A stretch of DNA of 64,000 nucleotides from a bacterium (GCA_963662285.2 CAXXMV010000008.1:960001-1024000), one strand, 5' to 3'. Positions 41,090 to 51,963 are shown, counted from the first letter of the stretch. Notes: generated by a model from the sequence alone, not told the origin. Made by a program: numbers and translations.

Positions 41090-41123
41090 AATGGGATGAG
41101 TGATTCGACTCATCCCATTTTTT
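41090..41123 (+). terminator. Intrinsic terminator
   Basis: AATGGGATGAGT-gattcg-ACTCATCCCATT followed by a T run. Confidence 0.8.
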
Positions 41124-41197
41124 ATATTTAATATCATTCCCTATCATTTCATGAGTAATAAGTTAATAATTATTGATTAATATTAGAGGAGAAAATT

Positions 41198-43414
41198 ATG
41201 CGGTTCCTATTGGTTATATTAACCTTATTCATGGGTCTTACGGCTCAATCAAGAGATAATGCTTATCAGCCATTCCAGGATGATTGGTTGATTAAATCAG
41301 TATCCGGTCAAGCGGGAATTAATGAAATTGCAGACGGCAATGAACTGGTCATCAGCAATGGATTGATAGCCCGGACATTCCGCCTGCAACCAAATTTGAC
41401 CAGCATCGGTTTCAAGAACTTGAAATCCGACCGAGAATTCATTCGCGGAGTCAAACCCGAAGCTATTATAAAAATCGACGGACAAACATACCAAGTCGGT
41501 GGTCTTCTCGGACAACCGGACTATGGCTACTTAAATCCCACATGGCTCGAGTCAATGACCAGCGATCCTAATGCTTTTCAATACCAGGACTACACTATTG
41601 GAAAAACCGCCGAACGGTTTCCCTGGAAGAAGAAAAGGTATTGTGAAGACCGCGCCTGGCCGCCGCAAGGCATATCTATAACCTTCCGTTTCACTCCTCC
41701 AGCAAAATTAGCGGAAACTCATAACGGTCTGGAACTCTACGTCCATTACGAAATGTATCAGGAGATACCAGTACTATCCAAATGGATAACTCTTAAAAAT
41801 AACTCAAACCAATGCATCACGATTGACGAACTGACTACAGAAATTCTGGCTGTGGTTGAGCAAGACAGCGAAGTCAACCTGGCCCGCTCCACCAGACCCC
41901 GTACATATAAAGACTTTATCGATCCCAACGACCTGGCCGCCATGTCCAACCTTCGCTTGCACGTACAGAGCGACTATGCATTTTGCGGAGGGACTCCCAA
42001 ATCTTCCGATCAGACAAACTTCTGGGAACCTGATCCAGATTATAAAACCCAGGTCAATTACGACCTTACCTGGCCTCATCTTTTCACCAGCCGCTATCCC
42101 TATGGCCCCGGCGCCAGGATTGATGCGGGCGACTCATTCACCTCGTTCCGAACCTTCGAGTTGCTGCATGACTCTGACGATTTTGAACGAAAGGGATTAG
42201 CGGTCAGACGAATGCACAGAGTATTGGCGCCCTGGTGCACCGAGAATCCACTAATGCTCCACTTGCGCTATTCCGATTCTGAATCAATCCGCCGGGCGGT
42301 TGATCAATGCGTAGCGGTCGGTTTCGAGATGATCATTCTAAGTTTCGGCAGCGGAATTAACATGGAGAGCGATAATCAGGAATATATACAACGCATCAAA
42401 GCCGACGTCGATTACGCCCACAGCAAGGGCATAGAAATTGGCGGTTACTCTTTACTGGCCTCACGCAGCGCCGGGCCGGAGCATGACGTGATTGATCCAG
42501 AGACTGGCAAACCCAAAGCCTACTTCGGCAATTCTCCCTGCCTGTGCAGTGAATGGGGTGAGCGCTATTTCAAAAACTTGAAAAATTTCATCATCCAGAC
42601 TGGCTGCGACATCCTGGAGCATGACGGATCATATCCCGGCGATATTTGCGCATCAACCAACCACCCGGGACATCATGGATTAAACGACTCGCAGTGGACC
42701 CAGTACAACAAGATAACCGAGTTCTATCATTGGTGCCGCGCCAACGGAGTTTATTTGAATGTGCCGGATTATTATTTCTTCCAGGGTTCCAACAAATCGG
42801 CCATGGGATACAGAGAAACCAACTGGAGCCTGCCCCGTGCGCAACAGATTATACATGGCCGCAAAAATATATACGATGGGACATGGCTTAAGGCGCCCAG
42901 CATGGGTTGGATGTTTGTGCCGCTAGTTGAATATCACGGCGGTGGAGCGGCGGCTACGATTGAGCCATTGCATGAACATCTTGATACTTACGAAACCCTA
43001 CTGGTTGAAAATCTTGGAGCTGGAGTGCAGGCCTGTTACCGCGGCCCGCGTTTATACGATACTGATGAGACCAAAGCTATGGTTAAAAAATGGGTGGATT
43101 TTTATAAAGAATACCGCTCCATTCTTGATTCAGACGTCATTCATCTGCGCCGCCCCGATGGACGCGACTGGGATGGATTGCTGCATGTTAATCCTGACCT
43201 CAAAAAACGCGGCTTCGCCTTGCTCTTCAATCCTACTGATCAAACCATCCAACGGGATATCCAGCTGCCTCTGTACTACACCGGCTTAACCAAAACCGCC
43301 AAAGTACGGGAGCAAGACGGCAAATTCAAAAAATATAAATTAAACCGCGATTACAGCATCGATTTGTCTTTTGAGATTAAAGCTCAATCATGGACGTGGT
43401 TTGTTATTGAGTAA
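41198..43414 (+). CDS. Secreted alpha-galactosidase-like (GH36/GH-D clan related) protein
   Basis: Signal peptide; APWCTENP, GFEMIILSFGSG, EHDGSYPG, RRPDGRDWDG motifs, typical of proteins annotated as alpha-galactosidase. Confidence 0.7.
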   Translation: MRFLLVILTLFMGLTAQSRDNAYQPFQDDWLIKSVSGQAGINEIADGNELVISNGLIARTFRLQPNLTSIGFKNLKSDREFIRGVKPEAIIKIDGQTYQVGGLLGQPDYGYLNPTWLESMTSDPNAFQYQDYTIGKTAERFPWKKKRYCEDRAWPPQGISITFRFTPPAKLAETHNGLELYVHYEMYQEIPVLSKWITLKNNSNQCITIDELTTEILAVVEQDSEVNLARSTRPRTYKDFIDPNDLAAMSNLRLHVQSDYAFCGGTPKSSDQTNFWEPDPDYKTQVNYDLTWPHLFTSRYPYGPGARIDAGDSFTSFRTFELLHDSDDFERKGLAVRRMHRVLAPWCTENPLMLHLRYSDSESIRRAVDQCVAVGFEMIILSFGSGINMESDNQEYIQRIKADVDYAHSKGIEIGGYSLLASRSAGPEHDVIDPETGKPKAYFGNSPCLCSEWGERYFKNLKNFIIQTGCDILEHDGSYPGDICASTNHPGHHGLNDSQWTQYNKITEFYHWCRANGVYLNVPDYYFFQGSNKSAMGYRETNWSLPRAQQIIHGRKNIYDGTWLKAPSMGWMFVPLVEYHGGGAAATIEPLHEHLDTYETLLVENLGAGVQACYRGPRLYDTDETKAMVKKWVDFYKEYRSILDSDVIHLRRPDGRDWDGLLHVNPDLKKRGFALLFNPTDQTIQRDIQLPLYYTGLTKTAKVREQDGKFKKYKLNRDYSIDLSFEIKAQSWTWFVIE

Positions 43415-43445
43415 TTTTTTGCTATAAGCCTATAGGAGAAATTTC

Positions 43446-44444
43446 ATGACTAGAGTTAATAGATTAAGAAATTCCATGTTCATATTCTCATTAACTATCA
43501 TGATGACAGCGGGACTACTAGCGCTGAACGCACCTGCTGTTTTTGGCGGCTCACCCGATCCGGCGGCAATCCATAAGCCGTTTGGTACGATAGGTAAAGA
43601 ATTGCGCATCCTGAAGACTGATCAGGAGACAGAATTATATAAATTTCAGGGAGCCGGCTGTCTGACCCACATGTGGTTTGGCGGCAGCTGGCCTGATTAT
43701 GGCAAGACGCAGGTACGCATCTATGTGGATGATGAAGAGACAGCATCGATTGATATGGAACTGATGTTGGGGCACGGCATCGGCTTCCAAGATCCGGCGG
43801 CGCCGTGGGGCGTCGCCCGCATCGGCGTAACCGGCAATCCCAGCGGCCTCTATAACACCTACCGCATACCCTTCGGCAAAAGCATCCGCGTCACCGCCCA
43901 GATGGCGCCGGGCGTTGAAGGGCAGCCCTATTTCTGGTGGATAATACGCGGATCGGAAAACCTACCTGTTGAAGTAGGCGGCGTACATCTACCAGACTCA
44001 GCCAGACTGCGTCTGTATAAAAAGGTAGACTATAAAGCCAAGAGGCTGGAAGAATTCGACCTAATCAATACATCAAAATCCGGCGCCCTCTATCAAGTGA
44101 CGCTCGCCGCGCAAGGCTCAAATTTCAGTTATCTGGAAGCCTGCGTACGCGCTTATATCAATGGCGCACAGAAGCCGCTCTGGCTTTCATCCGGTTTGGA
44201 AGATTATTTTCTGGGAACCTATTATTTCAACCGCGGCAAGTACTACACTTCAGTAGCTGGTCTCACTCATCTGGATAAGGAAAATTTCAGTTTCTCGGCC
44301 TATCGGTTCCACGAAGACGATCCACTATTCTTCCAAGACGGACTGCGCCTCACCTGCCGATGCGGCGAAAAGATCGGCGACAAAATATTCCATGATCCAC
44401 AGGAAACTGTTTATACCAGTTACGTATGGGTATATGAATGGTAA
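43446..44444 (+). CDS. DUF2961 (GH172-like) secreted protein
   Basis: GAGCLTHMWF, IYVDDE, IPFGKSIRVT, SGLEDYF, AYRFHEDDP. Confidence 0.8.
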   Translation: MTRVNRLRNSMFIFSLTIMMTAGLLALNAPAVFGGSPDPAAIHKPFGTIGKELRILKTDQETELYKFQGAGCLTHMWFGGSWPDYGKTQVRIYVDDEETASIDMELMLGHGIGFQDPAAPWGVARIGVTGNPSGLYNTYRIPFGKSIRVTAQMAPGVEGQPYFWWIIRGSENLPVEVGGVHLPDSARLRLYKKVDYKAKRLEEFDLINTSKSGALYQVTLAAQGSNFSYLEACVRAYINGAQKPLWLSSGLEDYFLGTYYFNRGKYYTSVAGLTHLDKENFSFSAYRFHEDDPLFFQDGLRLTCRCGEKIGDKIFHDPQETVYTSYVWVYEW

Positions 44445-44446
44445 AC

Positions 44447-44480
44447 ATGATGGATTGATAATGCTTTGTCAATCCATCAT
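44447..44480. terminator. Hairpin between convergent genes
   Basis: ATGATGGATTGA-N10-TCAATCCATCAT. Confidence 0.65.
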
Positions 44481-44499
44481 TAAAACTGCCGTATTAGGT

Positions 44500-46551
44500 T
44501 TATTTTTGATCCAATACGCGCCGCACAGTGCTCAACAATTCATAAGAGTGATAAGGTTTTGCTAAAAATCCGTCCGCCTCGATCTCATCCATGAAGTCCT
44601 TGTCAAGCGATTCTGTATAGCCACTGCTTATAATCACTTTGATATCGCTATTGCTTTTGCGCATATTACTTAGACTCTCATCTAGTGGAAGAATAGGCAT
44701 TGATAAATCAATTACGATTATATCGATAGGATGAGTTTCATCTTCAATCAGTTTGATGCCCTCAAAACAGTCCTTAGCCAGCAAAACAGTGTAACCATTA
44801 TTTTGCAGAATTTCCTTACTTAAATCCAGGATCAACTCCTCTGAATCAATGATAAGAATGCGCTCTTCACCCTTAGCTGATAGGTCCATTAAATTATTCT
44901 GATTATCGCTATCAACCTGCTCTTCAATAGCGGGCAGGAAAATCTGAAAAGTGGTTCCATTGCCATATTCACTAGAAAAATCGATCCAACCATTGTGCTG
45001 TTTGATACTGCCGAATGCACTGGCCAATCCTAAGCCAGTACCCACGGTATTTTTGGTTGAATAGAATGGTTCAAAAATTCTACGCCTGGTCTCTTCTTTC
45101 ATCCCGATACCATTATCAGAGACGCTTAATACAACAAAGATCCCGGGATAGGATGAAGGATTCAGATGGTGTATATCGTCTAAAACCACTTTCTCTAATT
45201 TGATGAATATAAAATATTCTTTTTGATCTTGTGAGAATATAGGATTATTCTCAATATCTTTATTAATTGCATCTTGCGCATTAAGACATAAGTTCATCAA
45301 GATGGAATTAATCTGTGAAGCATCAGCATAAATTTGAGGAAGGTTTTTTTGAATATCAATATTGAAATCTATTCGCCGGTCAATTATTGGACGAATAAGG
45401 TAATATACCCGCTCAACAATGAGATTCATATTAACCAGTTTTAGACTAGCCGTTGATTTGCGGCTAAATGAGAGCAAATCATTAATCATCTCTGACGCCT
45501 GATTTGAAGCCTTCAACGCTATACGTAGATAACAGGAAATTTCTTCAGGCGCTTTTAACTGAGCCATATTTATATTTCCAATTATTCCCGTCAGAATATT
45601 ATTTATGTTATGAGCTATACCACTGGCCATCTGAGTTATAGCATCATATTTATGCGCCTGGATCAGTTGCTCCTCAATCCTTTTCTTCTCGGTAATATCA
45701 ATAGAAATGCCAATAATACCAATAGCATTACCTGATTTGTCTTGAAGGGGAACTTTATGTGTAGAAACCCAGGCATATTTGCCATTTTTACCAAGAAGTC
45801 TTTGTTCGTAATTCTCTATCGGCTTATTAGTTTGAATTATCTTTTGGTCAATTTCTCTGATCTCACTTGCGATATCATCAGAAAACAGATCAAAATCCGT
45901 CAAACCTTGCAGACGATCTATGGGAATACCTAAAAAATCTGAAACGCTTTTACTGACAACAATATATCTAAAATCTTTATCTTTTACATATATTTGAGCA
46001 GGAATAGCCGAAAGTATCAAATCCTGAATTTCAAGATTATTACGATAAGTTTCTTCGATTTTCTTTTGTTCAGAAATATCAAAAATTATTGCCATAACAG
46101 CATATATTTCACTGTTTTTATCTATTAAAGGACAAGTTTCTATCAAAGCAGAGAAATGTTCACCAGATTTACGAACAGCAGTAATATCAATACGGAATCC
46201 TGAATCACCCTGTTTTAAGGGTGTTAGAACATTGTGGAATTTATTGCTATCCTGTGGGATACTCAATAATGCCGCAGGTTGACCAACAATCTCTTCTCTG
46301 CCGTAACCAAAAATCCGTTCAGCGCCAAGGCTGAAATCCACTATCCGAAATTCGCCGCTACCGGTTTCCACACTCAGAAATGCAATATTATCCGTAGTTT
46401 GGAATATTGCTCTAAGGCGTTGTTCACTTTCGGAAGTTGAACTTTTTGTTTTTTGGTATTCACCTTTACGACGCTCAAGTTCTTCGACATGAGATCGCAA
46501 TCTTGCTAACTCTGAAATCAGTTGCTTTTTTGTTTTTTGGGAATCCCCCAT
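44500..46551 (-). CDS. Cytoplasmic hybrid PAS-PAS histidine kinase/receiver (CckA-like architecture)
   Basis: Two PAS/PAC, AHNINNIL H-box, NLCLNAQDA, GTGLGL, C-terminal REC with DLSMP and AKPY. Confidence 0.9.
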   Translation of the reverse strand: MGDSQKTKKQLISELARLRSHVEELERRKGEYQKTKSSTSESEQRLRAIFQTTDNIAFLSVETGSGEFRIVDFSLGAERIFGYGREEIVGQPAALLSIPQDSNKFHNVLTPLKQGDSGFRIDITAVRKSGEHFSALIETCPLIDKNSEIYAVMAIIFDISEQKKIEETYRNNLEIQDLILSAIPAQIYVKDKDFRYIVVSKSVSDFLGIPIDRLQGLTDFDLFSDDIASEIREIDQKIIQTNKPIENYEQRLLGKNGKYAWVSTHKVPLQDKSGNAIGIIGISIDITEKKRIEEQLIQAHKYDAITQMASGIAHNINNILTGIIGNINMAQLKAPEEISCYLRIALKASNQASEMINDLLSFSRKSTASLKLVNMNLIVERVYYLIRPIIDRRIDFNIDIQKNLPQIYADASQINSILMNLCLNAQDAINKDIENNPIFSQDQKEYFIFIKLEKVVLDDIHHLNPSSYPGIFVVLSVSDNGIGMKEETRRRIFEPFYSTKNTVGTGLGLASAFGSIKQHNGWIDFSSEYGNGTTFQIFLPAIEEQVDSDNQNNLMDLSAKGEERILIIDSEELILDLSKEILQNNGYTVLLAKDCFEGIKLIEDETHPIDIIVIDLSMPILPLDESLSNMRKSNSDIKVIISSGYTESLDKDFMDEIEADGFLAKPYHSYELLSTVRRVLDQK

Positions 46552-46901
46552 TTTAAAAATCCTTATGGTCTAAAGACTCATGGTGATTCCCCCAAATTAA
46601 ATAACAAGAAAAGAAAAGAAAATATATACAATATATTAAGTGAGATTATTTTAGAACAAAAATAATTCTTCACTGAACAACACCAGAAATAATAATATCA
46701 TATAAAATGTCTCGATAATTCACGCCAAAATTGGCAAATACAAATCATATAAAAATATAATTATATCATATAAAAAATGCAAAGTTAAGCAATTTTTTAC
46801 ATTTTAATTTAAAAGTCCACCTATATGTTAATTATAATAGATTTATATACAATGTAAATATTAGTAGTATATTACTATATTAATTAAATCGAATAAATCA
46901 A

Positions 46902-48581
46902 TTAAGAGCGTTTAAATATTTCGATTATTGGCCCAGGACGATCACGGGACCATAAATCATCAAATGGACTGTATACATCTTCAATATCATTTGCATGTGG
47001 GGGCCAATCTGGACTAGAAGAGAATGTTCTTATCGGATTAACCGTTCCAGAAAACTCGATCAATGAATTACGCCGCTCCAAATAAGTATCAGCAATATGT
47101 CCGGGCAATGAAGCGAACCCACTGATAACCAATAACTCAACCGGAGCAGGTAGAGAATCCAGCCGATTCAAATCGCTGGAAACCAATCTATCAATATACA
47201 CCAGTCTTGGATCAGCCGGTTGAGTCCAAAAATCTGCTATCCCCCGATAAACCAGTGGGATAGAGAATTGATCCAAGCCGATAAGAGACTGATTTTTTGT
47301 CCCGGTTTTTATCCAATGAAGAAATTCTATGCGGGTATCCGTCTGTTTTAACAGATAGTTGCTGCGGATATCCTTAGTTAAAGGTTCTATAGCAAGGATA
47401 GTAAACAAAATCACTACAATCAGGGTGGCGAATAATTCCCTTCCCTTGTAATGTTTCACGCACTCAGCTACCGCAATAGCAGCCATTACCGAAATCCACG
47501 GAAGCACTGGCAACGAGAAACGCACGAAGAATAATGGATGGGTGCAAACCAGCAGACCATAGAGCAATGGGAATAACAAAATAGATATATTTTTACGGTA
47601 AATAGAAATGATCAATCCAGCTAACGACAATAGCGCTGCTGCGATTCCCTCGCTCTTCCAGATAGTCTCTAGCAGTTGAACGCCCGACCATCTGGCATCC
47701 TGCCCCTGCCAGGGTTTATCCGCCGCAAGGCGTAATTTCTCTATTTCCAAACCAAACGTTTCCGGGTCGGTAATTGGAAAAGGGCAAATCAACAGAAAGC
47801 ATAAGACGCCCAATAATCCCATCACCACCAAATCCCGTAAGAGTGGTTTATAACTCTCTTCCCACCGCTTCGGCCAGAATTGCAGAACGCGCATCCCCAC
47901 TACAGCAAGCAGAGCTGGCGCCATATTATACTTAAACGCTATGGCCGCTCCACATAATCCAGCGGCTAGGTAAAACAACTTGGTGGAACTTTTCCTGAAC
48001 GCCATAACGCCCAGGACCATCGCCCACAATACCAGACATGCCGCCGCTGGATCGTTTACTGCAAAATGACACTCACGCACATTGGCGAATGAGACCGCCG
48101 CCAATCCCGCCGCTCCGAAAGCGTATTGCAATGACAACCACTCTCTAGCCAGATAGAATACCCCGGCAACTGACAACATCCCCAACAGAGCTGATAATGC
48201 GCGTCCTCCCAAAACCAGATCGAATGGACGATACATAAAGGTTGTTTCTACATCATCCGACGGGGCAATCCACATCGGATTGATTCCCAGCCAACCGGGA
48301 ACCTCAACCGGCGTCCTTACCTTAAGCCACAAGGGATACCATGCCGCATTTAGATAAGAAAAACCTGGAGGATTCCTGAAATATTTGGGATTAAATTCGC
48401 CAAGATGACAGTTGGCGCCTGCTGAGACATATTTCCATTCATCGGGATGCAGCCGGAAGGGCAAGCCCCAATCGTTGCTATCCGCCCGTAGAAACAAGGC
48501 GAACAGCATCAAAACCGGCAACACCAACATCCGACCCACCGACAACCAGGAGACCTGTTTTTTTGCAGTATTTTCATTCAT
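46902..48581 (-). CDS. ArnT/PMT-family (GT-C) lipid-carrier glycosyltransferase
   Basis: WGLPFRLHPDE loop, GRALSA, HFAVND, FKYN, RFSLP; many TM helices. Confidence 0.82.
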   Translation of the reverse strand: MNENTAKKQVSWLSVGRMLVLPVLMLFALFLRADSNDWGLPFRLHPDEWKYVSAGANCHLGEFNPKYFRNPPGFSYLNAAWYPLWLKVRTPVEVPGWLGINPMWIAPSDDVETTFMYRPFDLVLGGRALSALLGMLSVAGVFYLAREWLSLQYAFGAAGLAAVSFANVRECHFAVNDPAAACLVLWAMVLGVMAFRKSSTKLFYLAAGLCGAAIAFKYNMAPALLAVVGMRVLQFWPKRWEESYKPLLRDLVVMGLLGVLCFLLICPFPITDPETFGLEIEKLRLAADKPWQGQDARWSGVQLLETIWKSEGIAAALLSLAGLIISIYRKNISILLFPLLYGLLVCTHPLFFVRFSLPVLPWISVMAAIAVAECVKHYKGRELFATLIVVILFTILAIEPLTKDIRSNYLLKQTDTRIEFLHWIKTGTKNQSLIGLDQFSIPLVYRGIADFWTQPADPRLVYIDRLVSSDLNRLDSLPAPVELLVISGFASLPGHIADTYLERRNSLIEFSGTVNPIRTFSSSPDWPPHANDIEDVYSPFDDLWSRDRPGPIIEIFKRS

Positions 48582-48615
48582 AGCAAGAGTAAACCAAGTC
48601 CCCTCTCCAGACCAT

Positions 48616-48722
48616 GTAGGGCGCGCCCCTTGTGGGCGATGTCATTAAGTTAAGGAATTTCACCCTATCATTGGTGGCTTGATCAAGGGCTGAGCGCAAT
48701 GCGCTCTTGCCCTTGGCACCCA
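48616..48722. repeat. GTAG-type REP relic and CAAGGGC...GCCCTTG palindrome
   Basis: GTAGGGCGCGCCCCTTGTGGGCG at 48616; CAAGGGC-TGAGCGCAATGCGCTCTT-GCCCTTGGCACCC at 48684-48721. Confidence 0.7.
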
Positions 48723-48762
48723 GCGCCCGATTTTCCAGCAACCTAAGGCATCACAGATTCAC

Positions 48763-49749
48763 CTAAGGCAATTGATAATCAGTCATGCTTTCATAGAAAT
48801 CCTGCATTATTTTATCTTTATCAAAATTTTCCCAGATAATGATATTGCGTGGATTATCAGGTCGATCCACCCATTTTTTATTCACTACTTTCGGCGCGGG
48901 GATTTCAATAGGCGTCGCCCAGGATGAATTTTTCACAATCGCCACCGCCGCCATATCAAATAGAGCGCGTGATGGAGGGTTGCCATGCAGCTGGATATTC
49001 TGGAAAAGGTTTAGTGAGTAGTCGCCGAAATTTGTAAATTCCTTGCCATGTCTTCCGACAACCGGTTTAGATATTTGAGGCCCTTTGCCCGGCATATTGC
49101 GCTTGATATCAGACAAGGCGGCGCGAACTGCGTCTGTACCGGATGGCTTGCCATAACGCACAATGGCAAATTCAAACTTAACCTTGGCATCAAGGATATA
49201 ATTCAGTGATGGCTCATCATTGACTTGATTGTATTCGCCCGGTTCGGGGTAATTCGAACCAAGCCACACGATCCTGACTTTTGAAGCAATGGCAGGCTCT
49301 TTTTTCAGAGCCAGCGCGATATTGGTCAGTTTCCCTACCGGCAGCAATACCAATTCTCTGGAGTCTTCCGCCAGGGCGCGCTTGATAATATGATTGACCG
49401 CTTCTGAACCATCAAACTCTTGCTGGCCGACATTATTCTTTATCTCATCGAAACTGCCATTGGCGCCAGTATAGACTTTGATCTTAGGATGCAGGTTGCA
49501 TAATTTCACAACCCGTTCCGCTTCTTCATAATGCTTATCAACCTCACCACCGCTTTTGGTCTTGTTGACGGTGATGCCTTCTACATCAAACACGTCTCCG
49601 TTAAACAGCATGTAAGCGATGGCGTGTTGATCATCCAGTTCATTATTGGCGTCGGTATCTAGAATAACCCGAATCTTTTCAGCCGCGCTGCACTCAACCA
49701 GCGCAGCAACCAATAAAGACATAATAAATAAAACAGATAATTTTCTCAT
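48763..49749 (-). CDS. Secreted nucleoside-hydrolase-fold protein (IU-NH family)
   Basis: Signal peptide; ILDTDANNELDD, GKLTNIALAL, WLG...EYN motifs. Confidence 0.82.
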   Translation of the reverse strand: MRKLSVLFIMSLLVAALVECSAAEKIRVILDTDANNELDDQHAIAYMLFNGDVFDVEGITVNKTKSGGEVDKHYEEAERVVKLCNLHPKIKVYTGANGSFDEIKNNVGQQEFDGSEAVNHIIKRALAEDSRELVLLPVGKLTNIALALKKEPAIASKVRIVWLGSNYPEPGEYNQVNDEPSLNYILDAKVKFEFAIVRYGKPSGTDAVRAALSDIKRNMPGKGPQISKPVVGRHGKEFTNFGDYSLNLFQNIQLHGNPPSRALFDMAAVAIVKNSSWATPIEIPAPKVVNKKWVDRPDNPRNIIIWENFDKDKIMQDFYESMTDYQLP

Positions 49750-49797
49750 TGGACTGAACTCCTTGTGTTATTGTTTCATAACTTATGCAATTAAATA

Positions 49798-51213
49798 CTA
49801 TGGTTGAGGATACTTTTGACTCTCGTCTTCCAATATAAGTATCCAATCATCTACATCGCCCGAAGTGGGAGGCGTATATGTTTGGATTCCTGAATTATCG
49901 GATGTATGGATATAATACGAAACGCCATATCGTGGATCATACCAGGTTTGTTTGACTCCTTTTGCTTTGATGCGACTTTTATCGATTGAAAATCGTTCTC
50001 CACGCGGTGAATAGATAAAGGCGAACGATCCATCTCTGGCGCGGGCAGCCCGTATCTTGGCGCCTCCATTAGCAGGTCCATCAACGATCATACTCTGATC
50101 CGGGACTAATTGATTGAACGGTTTCGATTCAAACAACTTTTTTACATGTCCCATTTGAAATGCGCCGGGATGATCCAGCGCTTCTTTCCAGGGGATATTG
50201 GCGCTGATAACCGGGCCGCGTCCCGGCTGCCACATCTGCCAGATGCTGTTGTTTCCATAAGTATGACCACAGGCGCCAGCCAGCAATGACCAGTAGGCCG
50301 CTTGACGGGCGTCGTAATCGGTGAATCTTTGGTTGGCGTTAATTCCCTTAAAATAGAAGCCGACCTGGATCGTTTCGTATCTTGGTTCGCCGTCAATGGT
50401 AGGTTTGGTCGGCTTGAGATTGTAGTCATGATCGATAAACAGACCGTTGTCATGGTCGCGGGCGCCATGCGATGATTGCACCATATTAAAATCCAGCCAA
50501 TCAGCATTATGCAAGGCATCTGAAGACAAGCCCGGCCCCCGTGGATGAAAAGTCATCAAGTGAGCGCCGCCGTCGCCTTGATCCAATCCGGCGGCGATAG
50601 CATCAACGATTTTACGCTCATCATCGCACTTAATATTCTCATCGCCGCCCAGCACCCAGATAACCGGTTTATCTTTATAGCGTTTCCCTAGAAATTCACC
50701 ATACTGTCTGGCGCTCGATTCATTAAACAGGAATGGACCTTTGCGGTTTGCGCTCTTCCAATAGTTACCCCAGGTAGGCAGCATCCCGATATACAATCCA
50801 AGTTGCTGCGCCTTGTTGACGATGAAATCCACATGCTTAAAATACGCTTCATTAGGCCGCGTGGGGTCCTTATCTATCAGTGGACAATCGCCATAGGGAT
50901 TTGGCGCATCCAATCCACCAAGTTGAGCGATCACCACGGCTTGAATAACCGTAAAACCTTTTTCCGCCCGGTTTGATAAATAAAGTTCCGCTTCTTCGCG
51001 GTTCAATCGATGAAACAGTTCCCAGGCGGTATCACCCAGATAGAAGAATGGCGAGCCGTCTTCATATTCCAGATAGCGGTTATTGTCGCAAACCCGCAGG
51101 TTCTTAAATTCCACTGCCGCACAGTTTGCATCTGCCAATACAAACACAGTTAATAAAGCCAATGCGCCAGCCATTAACCGCTCCACCCCGAACACAGCTT
51201 TACCATATTTCAT
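49798..51213 (-). CDS. GH140/DUF4038 (apiosidase-like) protein with C-terminal collagen-binding-like domain
   Basis: PFFYLGDTAW, GFTVIQ, WVLGGD, TFHP, DGEPRYE, GHTYG, WYDPR, DDWILIL. Confidence 0.88.
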   Translation of the reverse strand: MKYGKAVFGVERLMAGALALLTVFVLADANCAAVEFKNLRVCDNNRYLEYEDGSPFFYLGDTAWELFHRLNREEAELYLSNRAEKGFTVIQAVVIAQLGGLDAPNPYGDCPLIDKDPTRPNEAYFKHVDFIVNKAQQLGLYIGMLPTWGNYWKSANRKGPFLFNESSARQYGEFLGKRYKDKPVIWVLGGDENIKCDDERKIVDAIAAGLDQGDGGAHLMTFHPRGPGLSSDALHNADWLDFNMVQSSHGARDHDNGLFIDHDYNLKPTKPTIDGEPRYETIQVGFYFKGINANQRFTDYDARQAAYWSLLAGACGHTYGNNSIWQMWQPGRGPVISANIPWKEALDHPGAFQMGHVKKLFESKPFNQLVPDQSMIVDGPANGGAKIRAARARDGSFAFIYSPRGERFSIDKSRIKAKGVKQTWYDPRYGVSYYIHTSDNSGIQTYTPPTSGDVDDWILILEDESQKYPQP

Positions 51214-51339
51214 AATACTCTCCCATATTGAACCATTATTATAAACATAGCAGTACTTTTAATATCCAGTAAATTCAAGAATATCCCGATTTACCTTATT
51301 TTACAATTTCAACGATATATCCATTACAAAGATGCAACC

Positions 51340-51963
51340 TCACCGTGGAAACGCTACGTTGCCATCGCTGACCAATCCATTGGATGAATCGTAGCCGTAG
51401 GTATATGGCCAATCCACTTCCAGGGCGAAGCCGTTGTTTTTGCTGCTGACGTCGGTGTCGGGGCCGCGCCCTTGCAGGCAATAGCGCCAGTTGGCTGGAC
51501 GCCGGGGGTCGTTCATATTGGCGCGGTATTGATTCTGCCCGGCCTGATAGAAATACTTGCCTTCTCCTCTGGGATCGAAATAGGCCTCGTAGAAATCCAC
51601 GCTGGCTTCTTTCTTGCCGCTGAAGAATGGGTCGCATGGAATAGCGGTGATATATGAGATGGGAGTGGTCAACACTTTGGGAAGCCCCCATCCGTTATCC
51701 GGTTCGTTAAATCCATTGGGTGGAATCTTGCCCCGGTCGAGCGAGTACATCTCCAACGCGGTGACGCAGGCCTTCATATCCGCCAGACAACGCGAATATT
51801 TAGCACGAATCTGAGCATTGAGAAAATTGGGTACGGCGATAGCGGCCAGGATGCCGATGATGGCGACCACGATGAGTAGTTCGATTAATGTAAATGCACT
51901 TGTGCGATTCACAGAAGAATTTGCGGCAATGCGGTTCTTAACCGCCATAGTTGTTTTATTCAT
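51340..51963 (-). CDS. Type II secretion pseudopilin / type IV pilin-like protein (N-methylation domain)
   Basis: SA|FTLIELLIVVAIIGILAAIAVPNF; LTTPISY, GRGPD, YDSSNGLVSDG; start at 51963 or 51948 rather than 52032. Confidence 0.88.
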   Translation of the reverse strand: MNKTTMAVKNRIAANSSVNRTSAFTLIELLIVVAIIGILAAIAVPNFLNAQIRAKYSRCLADMKACVTALEMYSLDRGKIPPNGFNEPDNGWGLPKVLTTPISYITAIPCDPFFSGKKEASVDFYEAYFDPRGEGKYFYQAGQNQYRANMNDPRRPANWRYCLQGRGPDTDVSSKNNGFALEVDWPYTYGYDSSNGLVSDGNVAFPR

